Part shown: positions 1 through 9,859 of the stretch, one piece after another
Numbering within the stretch: the stretch's first letter is position 1
How the letters are laid out: each line of letters starts with the position of its first letter
DNA from: a virus
Lineage: Duplodnaviria > Heunggongvirae > Uroviricota > Caudoviricetes
DNA: 64,000 bases
Reading direction: 5' to 3' (one strand)
Virus record (IMG/VR): IMGVR_UViG_3300032318_002198
Notes under the pieces: model-generated
Database searches by the model: none
What the model was told of the DNA's origin: nothing
The model's input: the letters and a program-made list of their open reading frames with translations, nothing else
Made by a program: the position numbers and the translations under genes

Positions 1-16
1 TATAGTGATTTAACAT

Positions 17-1180
17 ATGTACAGCGAAGATTTACTTTCATTTTTGTTAAAGTCAAACATAAGAATCGATCCTTATGATCTTGTGGTTCTAAAAAGTCTG
101 CACTCACAATATTCGTCGGGCAATCTTTTTACCGAAAAACAATCATTACTCTTAGTTAAATTATTGAAAAAATATGAACTGTGTTTACGTTCTATATATC
201 CAAATATAGATCTTTCGGACCCAATATTTAAATCGCCATTTAGAAAAATAAATATGACGAAAAAAATATCTATAGATGCAAATCCTATAGGGAAAACAAT
301 CAAGATTAATTTTCCTTACGACGAAACAATAGTTAATTCACTTAAGGAAATATCAAAAAGCAAAGTAACATTTGGTTATCAAGCCGGTGATAAAACTTGG
401 ACCTGTTTACTTAATGAAAAAAATATAATCTCTCTAATGCCTTTTATTGAACAATTTCAATTCGAAGTCGAAGAAGAATTTTCTCAATATATAGATCAAA
501 TCAACTTGATAAAAGAAAATATCGAAAAATATATCCCTTGTTTGATTTTTAACAACAATTCATATCAAATAATTAATTTACCACCTAATGTAGATATACC
601 TCAATTAGATACATTGGAAAATGCTGTGTTTACTGCAAGAAAATTTGGAGTTACAGTTTGGGATAATGAAATAGAAAAACAAATTCACGAAGAATTTGAT
701 GATACAACTATCAAATACTTAAAAAGTAATCCTAAGGAAATTTTTGATCCAAAAGCGATGGAAAAATCGCTCGATGACATTAAGGTGATTGTAAAAAATC
801 TATTGCCTTGTGCGGTAATCATACCACCTGGGATTGAACTTAAGAAATTAAAAGTATCATTAGAATTTTTTAATCAAATAGGTATTGCTAACGAAGAAAT
901 GTCAGTATTATTTAGATTATCAAATGCTACTGATGAAGAATTTAATCAATATGTCAAAGCTAATAGTTTAAATTCTCCCCTGTCTAATCAAACATCAGTG
1001 GTTTTTTTAAATCAACAATTACCTAAAACAATTTTATTGTCCAACATAAAATTTAATTCTATTTTAAATTTTAGTGGTTTTGCTTTGCAGAATTCACTAT
1101 CAAAGTTTGTACGATATCATGAAAATATCATCAATGTAGTTGATTATACTCAAGGGAGATTTTCATTTGCCAGTTTGTAA
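17..1180 (+). CDS. hypothetical protein upstream of UvsW-like helicase
   Basis: 387-aa ORF overlapping the helicase start; no recognised motif. Confidence 0.6.
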   Translation: MYSEDLLSFLLKSNIRIDPYDLVVLKSLHSQYSSGNLFTEKQSLLLVKLLKKYELCLRSIYPNIDLSDPIFKSPFRKINMTKKISIDANPIGKTIKINFPYDETIVNSLKEISKSKVTFGYQAGDKTWTCLLNEKNIISLMPFIEQFQFEVEEEFSQYIDQINLIKENIEKYIPCLIFNNNSYQIINLPPNVDIPQLDTLENAVFTARKFGVTVWDNEIEKQIHEEFDDTTIKYLKSNPKEIFDPKAMEKSLDDIKVIVKNLLPCAVIIPPGIELKKLKVSLEFFNQIGIANEEMSVLFRLSNATDEEFNQYVKANSLNSPLSNQTSVVFLNQQLPKTILLSNIKFNSILNFSGFALQNSLSKFVRYHENIINVVDYTQGRFSFASL

Positions 1181-2630
1181 AATTGAGATCATCGACGAAG
1201 TTAATGTTAAAATATCAAATTTAGATTTAGATACTAGAAAATTCTTAGTTAAGAAATTTAAATACGAAGATCCAACTGCAAGGTATCGCCCAGCATATAA
1301 GTTAGGTAGATGGGACGGTACTGTTAGTTTTTTTGGGTTAGGCGGAACTACCTATCTCTCAATGTTACCTACAGTATTAGAGTACCTCGAAGAGAGAAAT
1401 TATACAATTGAACTAGAAGATAAAAGAAATCCAATATCATTGTCATTTGATCATATAAATGAGGAATTTTGGGGGGATAAAGTATGGCCCTCGGGGCATC
1501 AACTCGAAGGCAAACTTATCAGACTAAGAGATTATCAAATAGATGTAATTAATAAATTTTTAGAAAATCCACAATCTATACAATCGGTATCAACAGGAGC
1601 CGGCAAAACTATCATAACGGCTACTTTAGCAAAAATCTGTGAGAAATACGGTAGAACAATCACTATTGTTCCTAATAAAAGTCTTGTTGAACAAACCGAA
1701 GAAGATTTTATTAATTGTGATCTTGATGTTGGAGTTTATTACGGAGATAGAAAAGACATTGGAAAAACTCATACAATCACAACTTGGCAAAGTTTAAATA
1801 TCTTAGATAAAAAAGCGAAAGATCTTCCGGCAGAAAAATTAAAATTAGAAAATTTTTTGTCCAACGTTAGTGCCGTTATTGTTGACGAATGTCATGGTGT
1901 AAAAGCCGATGTATTAAAAAATCTATTAACAAATCAACTATCTCACGTATTTGTTCGATGGGGTTTAACAGGAACTATACCCAAAGACGATATTTCTTTT
2001 ACAAATCTTAATGTTTCTTTGGGAGAAGTAGTTAATAAAGTCAGTGCTAGTAATTTACAAGAACAAGGAGTTCTTTCCAAATGTAATGTAAATATTTTAC
2101 AATTTTTAGAATATCGAGAATTTAATAGTTATGCCGAAGAATTAAAGTTTTTAGTTACAAATCAAGAAAGATTAGATTATATTGCCGAATTAATTGATCA
2201 AACTTCAAAATCGAGCAACAGTTTAATTTTAGTAGATAGAATTGAAACAGGAAAGTACTTACAATTACAAATAAAAGATAGTGTTTTTATTTCAGGTCAA
2301 GTAAAAACTAAAGATAGAAAGTCTGAGTACGATGAAGTTAAAACAGCACAAAATAAAGTAATTATCGCTACCTATGGAGTTGCGGCCGTTGGTATAAATA
2401 TTGTTAGATTACACAATTTGTTTATGATTGAACCCGGAAAAAGTTTTATAAGAGTAATACAGTCTATTGGACGAGGATTACGAAAAGGACATGACAAAAA
2501 TCATGTCGAAATATATGATATTACATCTACATGTAAGTTTTCTAAAAAACATTTAACTGAACGAAAAAAATATTATGCCGAAGCCAACTACCCTTACACC
2601 ATTAGAAAAATCAACTATTCTTCAACATAA
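1167..2630 (+). CDS. uvsW: SF2 DNA helicase, T4 UvsW-like
   Basis: LRDYQ Q-motif, TGAGKT Walker A, DECH, GLTGT, QSIGRGLR; likely TTG start at 1167 after GGGAGA RBS. Confidence 0.88.
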   Translation: MPVCKIEIIDEVNVKISNLDLDTRKFLVKKFKYEDPTARYRPAYKLGRWDGTVSFFGLGGTTYLSMLPTVLEYLEERNYTIELEDKRNPISLSFDHINEEFWGDKVWPSGHQLEGKLIRLRDYQIDVINKFLENPQSIQSVSTGAGKTIITATLAKICEKYGRTITIVPNKSLVEQTEEDFINCDLDVGVYYGDRKDIGKTHTITTWQSLNILDKKAKDLPAEKLKLENFLSNVSAVIVDECHGVKADVLKNLLTNQLSHVFVRWGLTGTIPKDDISFTNLNVSLGEVVNKVSASNLQEQGVLSKCNVNILQFLEYREFNSYAEELKFLVTNQERLDYIAELIDQTSKSSNSLILVDRIETGKYLQLQIKDSVFISGQVKTKDRKSEYDEVKTAQNKVIIATYGVAAVGINIVRLHNLFMIEPGKSFIRVIQSIGRGLRKGHDKNHVEIYDITSTCKFSKKHLTERKKYYAEANYPYTIRKINYSST

Positions 2631-4317
2631 AGATAAGTTACTTAATCTCCGATTATTTAAAAAAATAAAAAATTTTTTAAATACATTAGGAATTGAGAAA
2701 ATTGACCAAACAGAATTATATGATTTATTGTTCAATTCATCGCTTAAAAATTGTAACAATTCTAAATTTGTGTCGTTTTCAGTAGGTTATCGGGCATGCG
2801 AAAAAGGATGTGAATGTTATTTAAAAAATCTTTCAAATAAGATATCAACTATAAAATCAACAACAACTGTTGAGCAACAAAAAGAAATTAATGAAAAAAG
2901 AAAACAAACTACTTATCTCAAGTATGGGGTAGAAAATGTATTTGCACTCGACGATATAAAAGAAAAGAGCAAACAAACTAAAAAATTAAAATATGGAGAT
3001 GAAAATTATCGCAATGATCAAAAAATAATAGAAACTAATATTAAAAAATATGGTGTCGATAATCCAATGAAATCGACCGAAATTAGAGAATTGTATTATA
3101 AAGATTTTATACTTAGAGATTTTGCTGCATCTGTTAGAAAAGCTAAACAAACTAAAAAATTAAAATATGGAGATGAAAATTATCGCAATGATCAAAAAAT
3201 AATAGAAACTAATATTAAAAAATATGGTGTCGATAATCCGTCAAAATCTCTGGTTGTACAACAGAAAATATCAAAAAATCTTAGATCTACCTTATATGAT
3301 AGAACTGTTGAAAGATATTCTTCATTTATAAAACCGCTGTTCGATAAAGAAAAATATTTAAATGGTTTATCTAATTCTTGGGAGTGTGTTAGATGTCAAA
3401 CCATATTGACGGGTTCTATTATTAACGGCATTATTCCGAGATGTCAGACATGCTTTCCTTATTCAATATCCAAATTTGAGTTAGAGGTTCGAGATTTTTT
3501 GAAAACATTAGTGAATCCTGATCTTTTAATATTCAATGATCGAACTTTAATATCTCCTCAAGAATTAGATATAGTAATTCCATCTAAACATCTTGCATTT
3601 GAATGCAACGGTGCATATCGACATTGCGAAAATTCCGGATTAAAATATAGAAATTATCATCTTAATAAATCTACTAATGCCACTAAATCTGGTTATTCAT
3701 TAATGCACATTTTAGATGTTGATTGGTATCATTCTCAAAATATTGTTAAATCTATGATTAAACATAAACTGGGGTTGAGCACTCGTATCGGCGCTAGAAA
3801 AACTCGATTAGTTACATTGACCCATGACCAAGCAATTAAATTTTTTAATTCAAATCATCTTCAAGGCGGTATTCCTGCGCGAATAACATATGGATTACTT
3901 GTCCAAGATCAAATTGTTGCAGCCATGAGTTTCTCAAAGTCTAGATATACAACCGATGCAACATGGGAAATTATCAGATTTTGTAATAAAAATGATCATG
4001 TTATATTAGGAGCAGCATCGAAATTATTAACGCATTTCAGAAAAAATCATTCGGGTTCTATATTAACATATGCTGATAGGAGCTTTGGTTCAACAAATTT
4101 TTATGAAGAAATTGGATTTTCGTATTTGTCAGCATCTCCTCCGGGATATCGATATTATAAAGATGGCTTATTGTTTTCAAGGATTCAATTTCAAAAACAT
4201 AAATTATCGAACTTATTACAAGAGTATGATCCAAATAAAAGTGAATGGGAAAACATGCAAAATAATGGGTTTGACAGATTATGGGATTGTGGAAATTCAA
4301 TATTTGTATTAAAATAA
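2575..4317 (+). CDS. putative free-standing homing endonuclease (KYG repeats, CxxC zinc ribbon, PD-(D/E)xK-like nuclease, C-terminal GNAT-like region)
   Basis: KYGVEN/KYGVDNP repeats, CVRC..CQTC, ELDIVIPSKHLAFECNGAYRH, WEIIRFC..GAASKLL..YADR..DCGN; true start uncertain. Confidence 0.65.
   Translation: MPKPTTLTPLEKSTILQHKDKLLNLRLFKKIKNFLNTLGIEKIDQTELYDLLFNSSLKNCNNSKFVSFSVGYRACEKGCECYLKNLSNKISTIKSTTTVEQQKEINEKRKQTTYLKYGVENVFALDDIKEKSKQTKKLKYGDENYRNDQKIIETNIKKYGVDNPMKSTEIRELYYKDFILRDFAASVRKAKQTKKLKYGDENYRNDQKIIETNIKKYGVDNPSKSLVVQQKISKNLRSTLYDRTVERYSSFIKPLFDKEKYLNGLSNSWECVRCQTILTGSIINGIIPRCQTCFPYSISKFELEVRDFLKTLVNPDLLIFNDRTLISPQELDIVIPSKHLAFECNGAYRHCENSGLKYRNYHLNKSTNATKSGYSLMHILDVDWYHSQNIVKSMIKHKLGLSTRIGARKTRLVTLTHDQAIKFFNSNHLQGGIPARITYGLLVQDQIVAAMSFSKSRYTTDATWEIIRFCNKNDHVILGAASKLLTHFRKNHSGSILTYADRSFGSTNFYEEIGFSYLSASPPGYRYYKDGLLFSRIQFQKHKLSNLLQEYDPNKSEWENMQNNGFDRLWDCGNSIFVLK
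2971..3239 (+). repeat. exact 95-bp duplication inside the endonuclease gene
   Basis: 2971-3065 identical to 3145-3239 (KQTKKLKYGDENYRNDQKIIETNIKKYGVDNP). Confidence 0.9.
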
Positions 4318-4345
4318 GAATATTATAATAATTAAGGAGACTAAC

Positions 4346-4849
4346 ATTCAGATTCTTACCCTTGAAAATCAACCGTATTATCTTAATAATTTACCTGATG
4401 AAATTGTAGACGATTTAAGATTTGCTGTGCTTGATAATAGTGATAATCAAAATCCAGATCACTTTTTTGTTCCATTGATATTTCTTGAAAGTTTTACAGG
4501 ACCTGCTGTAGTCCTCCGAATAGGACCACATGAACTTACTATGCCATTGGATTGGTGTGCAGTTGTAGGCGATCCAGAAGGACCGGACATGGAAGTTTTA
4601 CCTCTTACAAGTCTAAACGATAGAGGATTTAAATCTTTCTGTTTTAATCCAGTGAGCAGTTTTAGACCTCAATTTTTGGATATAGATATTATAGATATAT
4701 ACCAAGATGTAAAATGGTATTTTCCTAAAATGCGGCCCGGACAAATATTATGCACACCTTTGGAAAATAAAGAAAAACCCGTCTGTGCCTATTTTGTTAA
4801 GGAAATTAGCAGACAAAGTGAATTAATAGACTATACAAAGTGTTGGTAA
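4346..4849 (+). CDS. hypothetical protein, probable ATT start
   Basis: AAGGAGA at 4334-4340, then ATT CAG ATT CTT ACC in frame with track ORF 4427..4849. Confidence 0.65.
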   Translation: MQILTLENQPYYLNNLPDEIVDDLRFAVLDNSDNQNPDHFFVPLIFLESFTGPAVVLRIGPHELTMPLDWCAVVGDPEGPDMEVLPLTSLNDRGFKSFCFNPVSSFRPQFLDIDIIDIYQDVKWYFPKMRPGQILCTPLENKEKPVCAYFVKEISRQSELIDYTKCW

Positions 4850-4850
4850 T

Positions 4851-5090
4851 ATGACAAAAATATACGAAAGTTCCGATGGCGGAAAAACTGTTTATGTCAG
4901 AGAGATGGGCGGAAAAGAAAAGAAGATACACTATGTTAGCCCGTCTGCTGTTGAAGATATGAAAGAAACATTGCTAGTACAAGAATGGATGGAAATACGT
5001 CATGCCGCAGAACGCCATCCGGCCTTGCAAAAATCTGTAGATCATTGTAAACTATTATATAGGATGATCAAATATGGCAGCGACTCTTGA
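4851..5090 (+). CDS. hypothetical protein
   Basis: tightly packed operon ORF. Confidence 0.6.
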   Translation: MTKIYESSDGGKTVYVREMGGKEKKIHYVSPSAVEDMKETLLVQEWMEIRHAAERHPALQKSVDHCKLLYRMIKYGSDS

Positions 5091-5535
5091 TATCAAACGA
5101 GAACTCTTAGCAGTAGATACTAAAAACTACGATTTTTATTCTAACTTAACAGACGAAGAACGTAAAGGATTTAGTCCCTATATTCTTATGAGATACGTAT
5201 CTTCAGCTCGCGGAGATCCGGATATCCAGGAATGGTTCGTTGAAATGGTTAACGAATGTATTAATAAAAATCACTGGGATCTGACTAAAAATCACAAAGA
5301 ACTACTTTGGAAATTGTTTGCTGTAACCGGAGTAGGCGTAAGCACTTTCCACCCTTATTTGGCCGCTGGTAAAAAAGAGAAACTTGATAAAATAGAAAAA
5401 CTATTATCAGAACTATATCCAACTTATAAACTTCAAGATATTAAATTTTTAGCCAAATTGATGGATGAAAAGGATCGAGAAGAACTATTTGATAACATGG
5501 GCTTCGATAAAAAACAACGTAAAGAATACGAATAA
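5074..5535 (+). CDS. possible clamp-loader small subunit (T4 gp62-like)
   Basis: size and FSPYILMRYVS..EMVNE..NKNHW pattern loosely resemble gp62; weak call. Confidence 0.35.
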   Translation: MAATLDIKRELLAVDTKNYDFYSNLTDEERKGFSPYILMRYVSSARGDPDIQEWFVEMVNECINKNHWDLTKNHKELLWKLFAVTGVGVSTFHPYLAAGKKEKLDKIEKLLSELYPTYKLQDIKFLAKLMDEKDREELFDNMGFDKKQRKEYE

Positions 5536-5537
5536 AC

Positions 5538-6233
5538 ATGATTGCACTAGTAGAACAACCGCATATTTGCGTACATTGCAACAAACGATTTATGCAGGCG
5601 CGGACACTTATATCGCATTTATGTGAACGTAAACGTCGAGCATTACAACGAGATGAAAAACGTGTCCAAGCAGGATTCCTAGCATATAATAGATTTTGGC
5701 AATTGACACAAAATGCTCGTAAACCGAAAACTTATGATGAATTTGCTGACAGCAGTTATTATAATGCCTTTGTAAAATTCGGAAGTTACATCAATAATAT
5801 CAATCCGTTATATCCAGATAAATTCATCGACTACGTTATTAAAACGGGTGAAAAATTAGATAATTGGTGTAAAGATAAAGTATACGAAACATATCTATAC
5901 GAAACACTTAAAACTGAACCAGTAGAATCTGCTATACAACGTACATTGCAAACAATGATGGAATGGGGAGATTCACATAATGCGAACTTTGCCCATTACT
6001 TCGATTATGCTAGTTTGAATTTGGTTGTACATGATATTATTAATGGAAAAATTAGTTGTTGGCTATTATTGAATAGCACATCGGGAAAAAAAGTCATACA
6101 AAATATGTCAGACGAACAGTTAACAATGATAGCACCGGCATTCGATATTAAATTTTGGATGAAAAAATTTAAAGAAGTTCCGGCTGATGTTATATTGGTA
6201 AAGGAAATTTGTAAAGAAATAGGACTAGAATGA
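5538..6233 (+). CDS. hypothetical protein with N-terminal zinc finger
   Basis: CVHCNKRF...HLC. Confidence 0.6.
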   Translation: MIALVEQPHICVHCNKRFMQARTLISHLCERKRRALQRDEKRVQAGFLAYNRFWQLTQNARKPKTYDEFADSSYYNAFVKFGSYINNINPLYPDKFIDYVIKTGEKLDNWCKDKVYETYLYETLKTEPVESAIQRTLQTMMEWGDSHNANFAHYFDYASLNLVVHDIINGKISCWLLLNSTSGKKVIQNMSDEQLTMIAPAFDIKFWMKKFKEVPADVILVKEICKEIGLE

Positions 6234-7108
6234 CAGATAAAATATCAGTATTCGGAGGATCGGGATTTATTGGAAGTAGGTTCTGTGAGTTATATTCCGA
6301 TCAATCCATTAAGATTGATAGAGATGATTATATACCAAAAAGCGACAACATATTATATTTTATAAGTACGATCGATAATTACAACATACATCAAGATTTG
6401 TACCTAGACATCGATACAAATTTAACGGTATTGATGAAAATGTTAGAAAACATTGATAAAAATAATAAGAATGTTGTAATCAATTTTGTTAGTTCTTGGT
6501 TTGTATATGGAAAGAACGAAATTCTTCCGTTTAGAGAAGATACTACACATTGTAATCCAACTGGGTTTTATTCTATAACAAAAAGATGTGCAGAACAAAT
6601 GTTAATATGTTTCTGTGAGACTTTTGATATAAAATATAGAATTTTTCGACTATCTAATGTTTTAGGTGTCGGGGACAAAAAGATATCAAAAAAGAAAAAT
6701 GCATTTCAATACATGGTAAAAGAAATTGTTAATAATCGAGATATAGAATTATATTATGACGGCAATGTTATTCGAGACTTTATACATGTAGATGATGTAT
6801 GTACAGGAATAAAAACATGCTTAGATAATGCCAAATATAATGAAATAATAAACATAGGTAGTGGGGTCCCCACACTAATTGTTGATTTGTTAAAAACAAC
6901 CCATGCGTTATCTAATTCAACAGCAGAATTAAAATTTATTAATCCTACTAAATTTCATAACATAGTTCAAACTCGAAACTCATACTTAGATATTACTAAA
7001 CTAAAAAAATATGGATTTGAACCAAAATATAATGTATACGAAACTATAAATGAATTAATAGAATATTATAAGGATAAACAACATTACAGCCCGATGCTCA
7101 AAATGTAG
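6230..7108 (+). CDS. NAD-dependent epimerase/dehydratase (extended SDR)
   Basis: GGSGFIG, YSITK, RDFIHVDD, NIGSG. Confidence 0.85.
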   Translation: MTDKISVFGGSGFIGSRFCELYSDQSIKIDRDDYIPKSDNILYFISTIDNYNIHQDLYLDIDTNLTVLMKMLENIDKNNKNVVINFVSSWFVYGKNEILPFREDTTHCNPTGFYSITKRCAEQMLICFCETFDIKYRIFRLSNVLGVGDKKISKKKNAFQYMVKEIVNNRDIELYYDGNVIRDFIHVDDVCTGIKTCLDNAKYNEIINIGSGVPTLIVDLLKTTHALSNSTAELKFINPTKFHNIVQTRNSYLDITKLKKYGFEPKYNVYETINELIEYYKDKQHYSPMLKM

Positions 7109-7122
7109 GAAAGTGGAAAATT

Positions 7123-7479
7123 ATGAGATTAGAAGGATTTGTACCTAAAGGTTGGGGCCATGAACTCATATGGGCCACCAATGAAAAATACTGCGGAAAA
7201 CTATTAAAATTTAACAGAAATGCTAAATTTTCAATGCATTTTCATGCCGAAAAAGACGAAACTTGGTATGTTTTGGAGGGAAAATTTTTAGTGAGGTATA
7301 TTGATACATCTGATGCAACTACACGCGAAATAACCTTAGAAACCGGATCTATTTGGCATAATCCACCAAAACTACCACATCAAGTTATTTGTCTAGAAGA
7401 AGGTACTATCATAGAAGTTAGTACACCAGATAGCGTAGAAGATAATTATCGAATAGCCAAAGGAGATAGTCAACAATGA
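7123..7479 (+). CDS. cupin-fold sugar isomerase-like protein
   Basis: KGWGHE, SMHFHAEKDETWYVLEG, PHQ, EVST. Confidence 0.75.
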   Translation: MRLEGFVPKGWGHELIWATNEKYCGKLLKFNRNAKFSMHFHAEKDETWYVLEGKFLVRYIDTSDATTREITLETGSIWHNPPKLPHQVICLEEGTIIEVSTPDSVEDNYRIAKGDSQQ

Positions 7480-7961
7480 AAACAATATATCTTGATATGG
7501 ATGGAGTAGTCGCTGACTTTAATTCATATGCCAAAAAAGTTCTTAACACTACAGAAAAAAATCATAATTGGCCTAATGAAGAATGGATAAAAATTGGTAG
7601 AAATCCACGTCTCTATCGAGATTTAGATAAAACCCCAGAAGCAGACGAATTGGTAACATTTTGTCGAAACATGTGCAAAGAAAATAATTGGAATTTATTT
7701 TTTCTTACCGCAGTTCCAAAAAATAATGATATGCCTTGGGCATATTACGATAAAATACAATGGATATTAAAATATTACCCAGACATTCCTGTATTTTTTG
7801 GACCATATAGCTTTAGTAAATGGACACATTGTAAAAATCAAGATATATTAATTGATGATCGTCCTAGCAATTGTGATCAGTGGACTGCGGTTGGAGGCAT
7901 TTCGATCTTGCATCAAGGTGACATTGCTGAAACTTTACAACGTTTACGAAACTTATCATGA
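7476..7961 (+). CDS. HAD-family 5'(3')-nucleotidase-like phosphatase
   Basis: YLDMDGVVADF, LTA, LIDDRPSN. Confidence 0.8.
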   Translation: MKTIYLDMDGVVADFNSYAKKVLNTTEKNHNWPNEEWIKIGRNPRLYRDLDKTPEADELVTFCRNMCKENNWNLFFLTAVPKNNDMPWAYYDKIQWILKYYPDIPVFFGPYSFSKWTHCKNQDILIDDRPSNCDQWTAVGGISILHQGDIAETLQRLRNLS

Positions 7962-8734
7962 AAATACTAATAACAGGACATCGAGGATTTATTGGCCAAA
8001 ATATGGTCAATGCATTAAAAGATCACCATACACTTAGTTTTTACGAGTGGGGAGATTCTCCACCGGAGATCGAAGGACTCGATTGGGTGATACATCTTGG
8101 TGCTATCAGTAGTACAACCGAACAAGACGTTGATAAAATAATGAAACAAAATCACGATTTTAGTTGCATTATGTTGATGGCTTGTCAGATACATGGCGTT
8201 AATTTACAATACGCTAGCTCAGCAAGCGTATACGGTTTGAATACTAGAAACTTTAAAGAAGACGCAGATCTACAACCATCTAGTCCATATTCATGGAGTA
8301 AATATCTTTTTGACAGACATGTAAAAACACAAAAATTTAATAATATCTACGTACAAGGTTTTAGATATTTTAATGTATATGGGTCATTTGAAGATCATAA
8401 AAAAGACCAAGCTAGCCCATATCATAAATTTGAACAACAGGCAAAAACAACCGGGATTATAAAATTATTCGAAAATTCCACTCAATATTATAGAGACTTT
8501 GTTCCGGTCGAGACCGTGATTGATGTACATAAGCAATTTTTTAATGTTAAGAAATCTGGTATATGGAATGTGGGTACAGGAAAGGCAAGAAGTTTCCAAG
8601 ACGTAGCTGATGAAATCGCCAAAAAATATAATGCTAAGATTGAATATATACCAATGCCCGAAGAATTAAAAAATCAATATCAAACTTATACTCAGGCCGA
8701 TGTAACAGAGTTAAAAAAATATTACAATGTATGA
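7958..8734 (+). CDS. hldD: ADP-L-glycero-D-manno-heptose 6-epimerase-like
   Basis: ITGHRGFIG, HLGAISSTTE, YASSASVYG, YSWSK, FRYFNVYG..EDHK, NVGTG, YQTYTQAD. Confidence 0.78.
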   Translation: MKILITGHRGFIGQNMVNALKDHHTLSFYEWGDSPPEIEGLDWVIHLGAISSTTEQDVDKIMKQNHDFSCIMLMACQIHGVNLQYASSASVYGLNTRNFKEDADLQPSSPYSWSKYLFDRHVKTQKFNNIYVQGFRYFNVYGSFEDHKKDQASPYHKFEQQAKTTGIIKLFENSTQYYRDFVPVETVIDVHKQFFNVKKSGIWNVGTGKARSFQDVADEIAKKYNAKIEYIPMPEELKNQYQTYTQADVTELKKYYNV

Positions 8735-9135
8735 CTAAAATTGTAGTTAATGGATCATTTGATATATTACATGTAGGACATGTACGTTTATTGGAATATG
8801 CAAAATCATATCCAAATGCATATGTATTAGTATTAATCGATAGTGATACCAGAATACAACAATTAAAAGGTGAAAATCGGCCTGTTAATACCGAATACGA
8901 ACGTGCTACAATGTTATCAGCATTTAGAGCAGTCGATCAAGTAGAAATATTCAACACAGATCAAGAATTAATAGACTACATAAAAAACTACAATCCGGAT
9001 ATTATGATCAAAGGTAGTGATTACATCGATAAACCAATCATAGGTGCTGAATTTTGTAAAAAGATTATATTTTATGACCGACTTGGAAAATACTCCACAA
9101 CCAACAAAATACAAGATATTGCTCATAGGGGATAG
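8731..9135 (+). CDS. cytidylyltransferase-family nucleotidyltransferase (HldE domain II / HldC-like)
   Basis: GSFDILHVGH, KGENRPVN, KGSDY, STT. Confidence 0.8.
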   Translation: MTKIVVNGSFDILHVGHVRLLEYAKSYPNAYVLVLIDSDTRIQQLKGENRPVNTEYERATMLSAFRAVDQVEIFNTDQELIDYIKNYNPDIMIKGSDYIDKPIIGAEFCKKIIFYDRLGKYSTTNKIQDIAHRG

Positions 9136-9859
9136 TTGTATAGATGAGTACTATTATGGTACTTGTGATCGTTTAAACCCTGAAGCTCCTGTACCGGTAT
9201 TGAAAATCACAAGATCGAGTACAAGCCTCGGTATGGCCGCGAATGTTAAATCAAATTTAGAATCATTCGGCTGCGATGTTGATTTTATGACCGGTGGTAA
9301 AAAATCAATCAAACGAAGATATATAGATGAACGTAGTAAACAACATATAGTAAGAGTTGATGAGGACTACAATAGTACACCATTTAATCCCTATCAACCA
9401 TCATTGGCTTACATACAATATAATGCTATAGTTATCTCAGATTACAATAAAGGATTTATAACCTACGATAATATTCAAGCTATTAGAGAACAATATGATG
9501 GGCCTATATTCATTGATAGCAAAAAGAATGACCTAATTCGATTCGAAGGTTGCTATATGAAGATTAATGAAAATGAATATAAACAAACTATCTCACAATG
9601 TTCCGATCTTATCGTGACATTGGGAGAACGAGGAGCACAATATAAAGATCAATTATATCCCACCCAAAAAGTTGAAGTAGTTGATGTATGTGGTGCAGGT
9701 GATACTTTCCTTGCCGCATTGTCTTATTACTATTTGAAGAATAATCACTCCATCGAATCTGCTATAATCTATGCTAATAAATGTTCAGCCATTGCTGTAC
9801 AACATAGGGGTGTATATTCACTAACACAACAAGATATAGATGTAATCGAAAATGACTGA
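9074..9859 (+). CDS. PfkB-family heptose-7-phosphate kinase-like (HldE domain I / HldA-like)
   Basis: IGDSCIDEY, RLNPEAPVPV, SDYNKG, DVCGAGDTF. Confidence 0.82.
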   Translation: MTDLENTPQPTKYKILLIGDSCIDEYYYGTCDRLNPEAPVPVLKITRSSTSLGMAANVKSNLESFGCDVDFMTGGKKSIKRRYIDERSKQHIVRVDEDYNSTPFNPYQPSLAYIQYNAIVISDYNKGFITYDNIQAIREQYDGPIFIDSKKNDLIRFEGCYMKINENEYKQTISQCSDLIVTLGERGAQYKDQLYPTQKVEVVDVCGAGDTFLAALSYYYLKNNHSIESAIIYANKCSAIAVQHRGVYSLTQQDIDVIEND

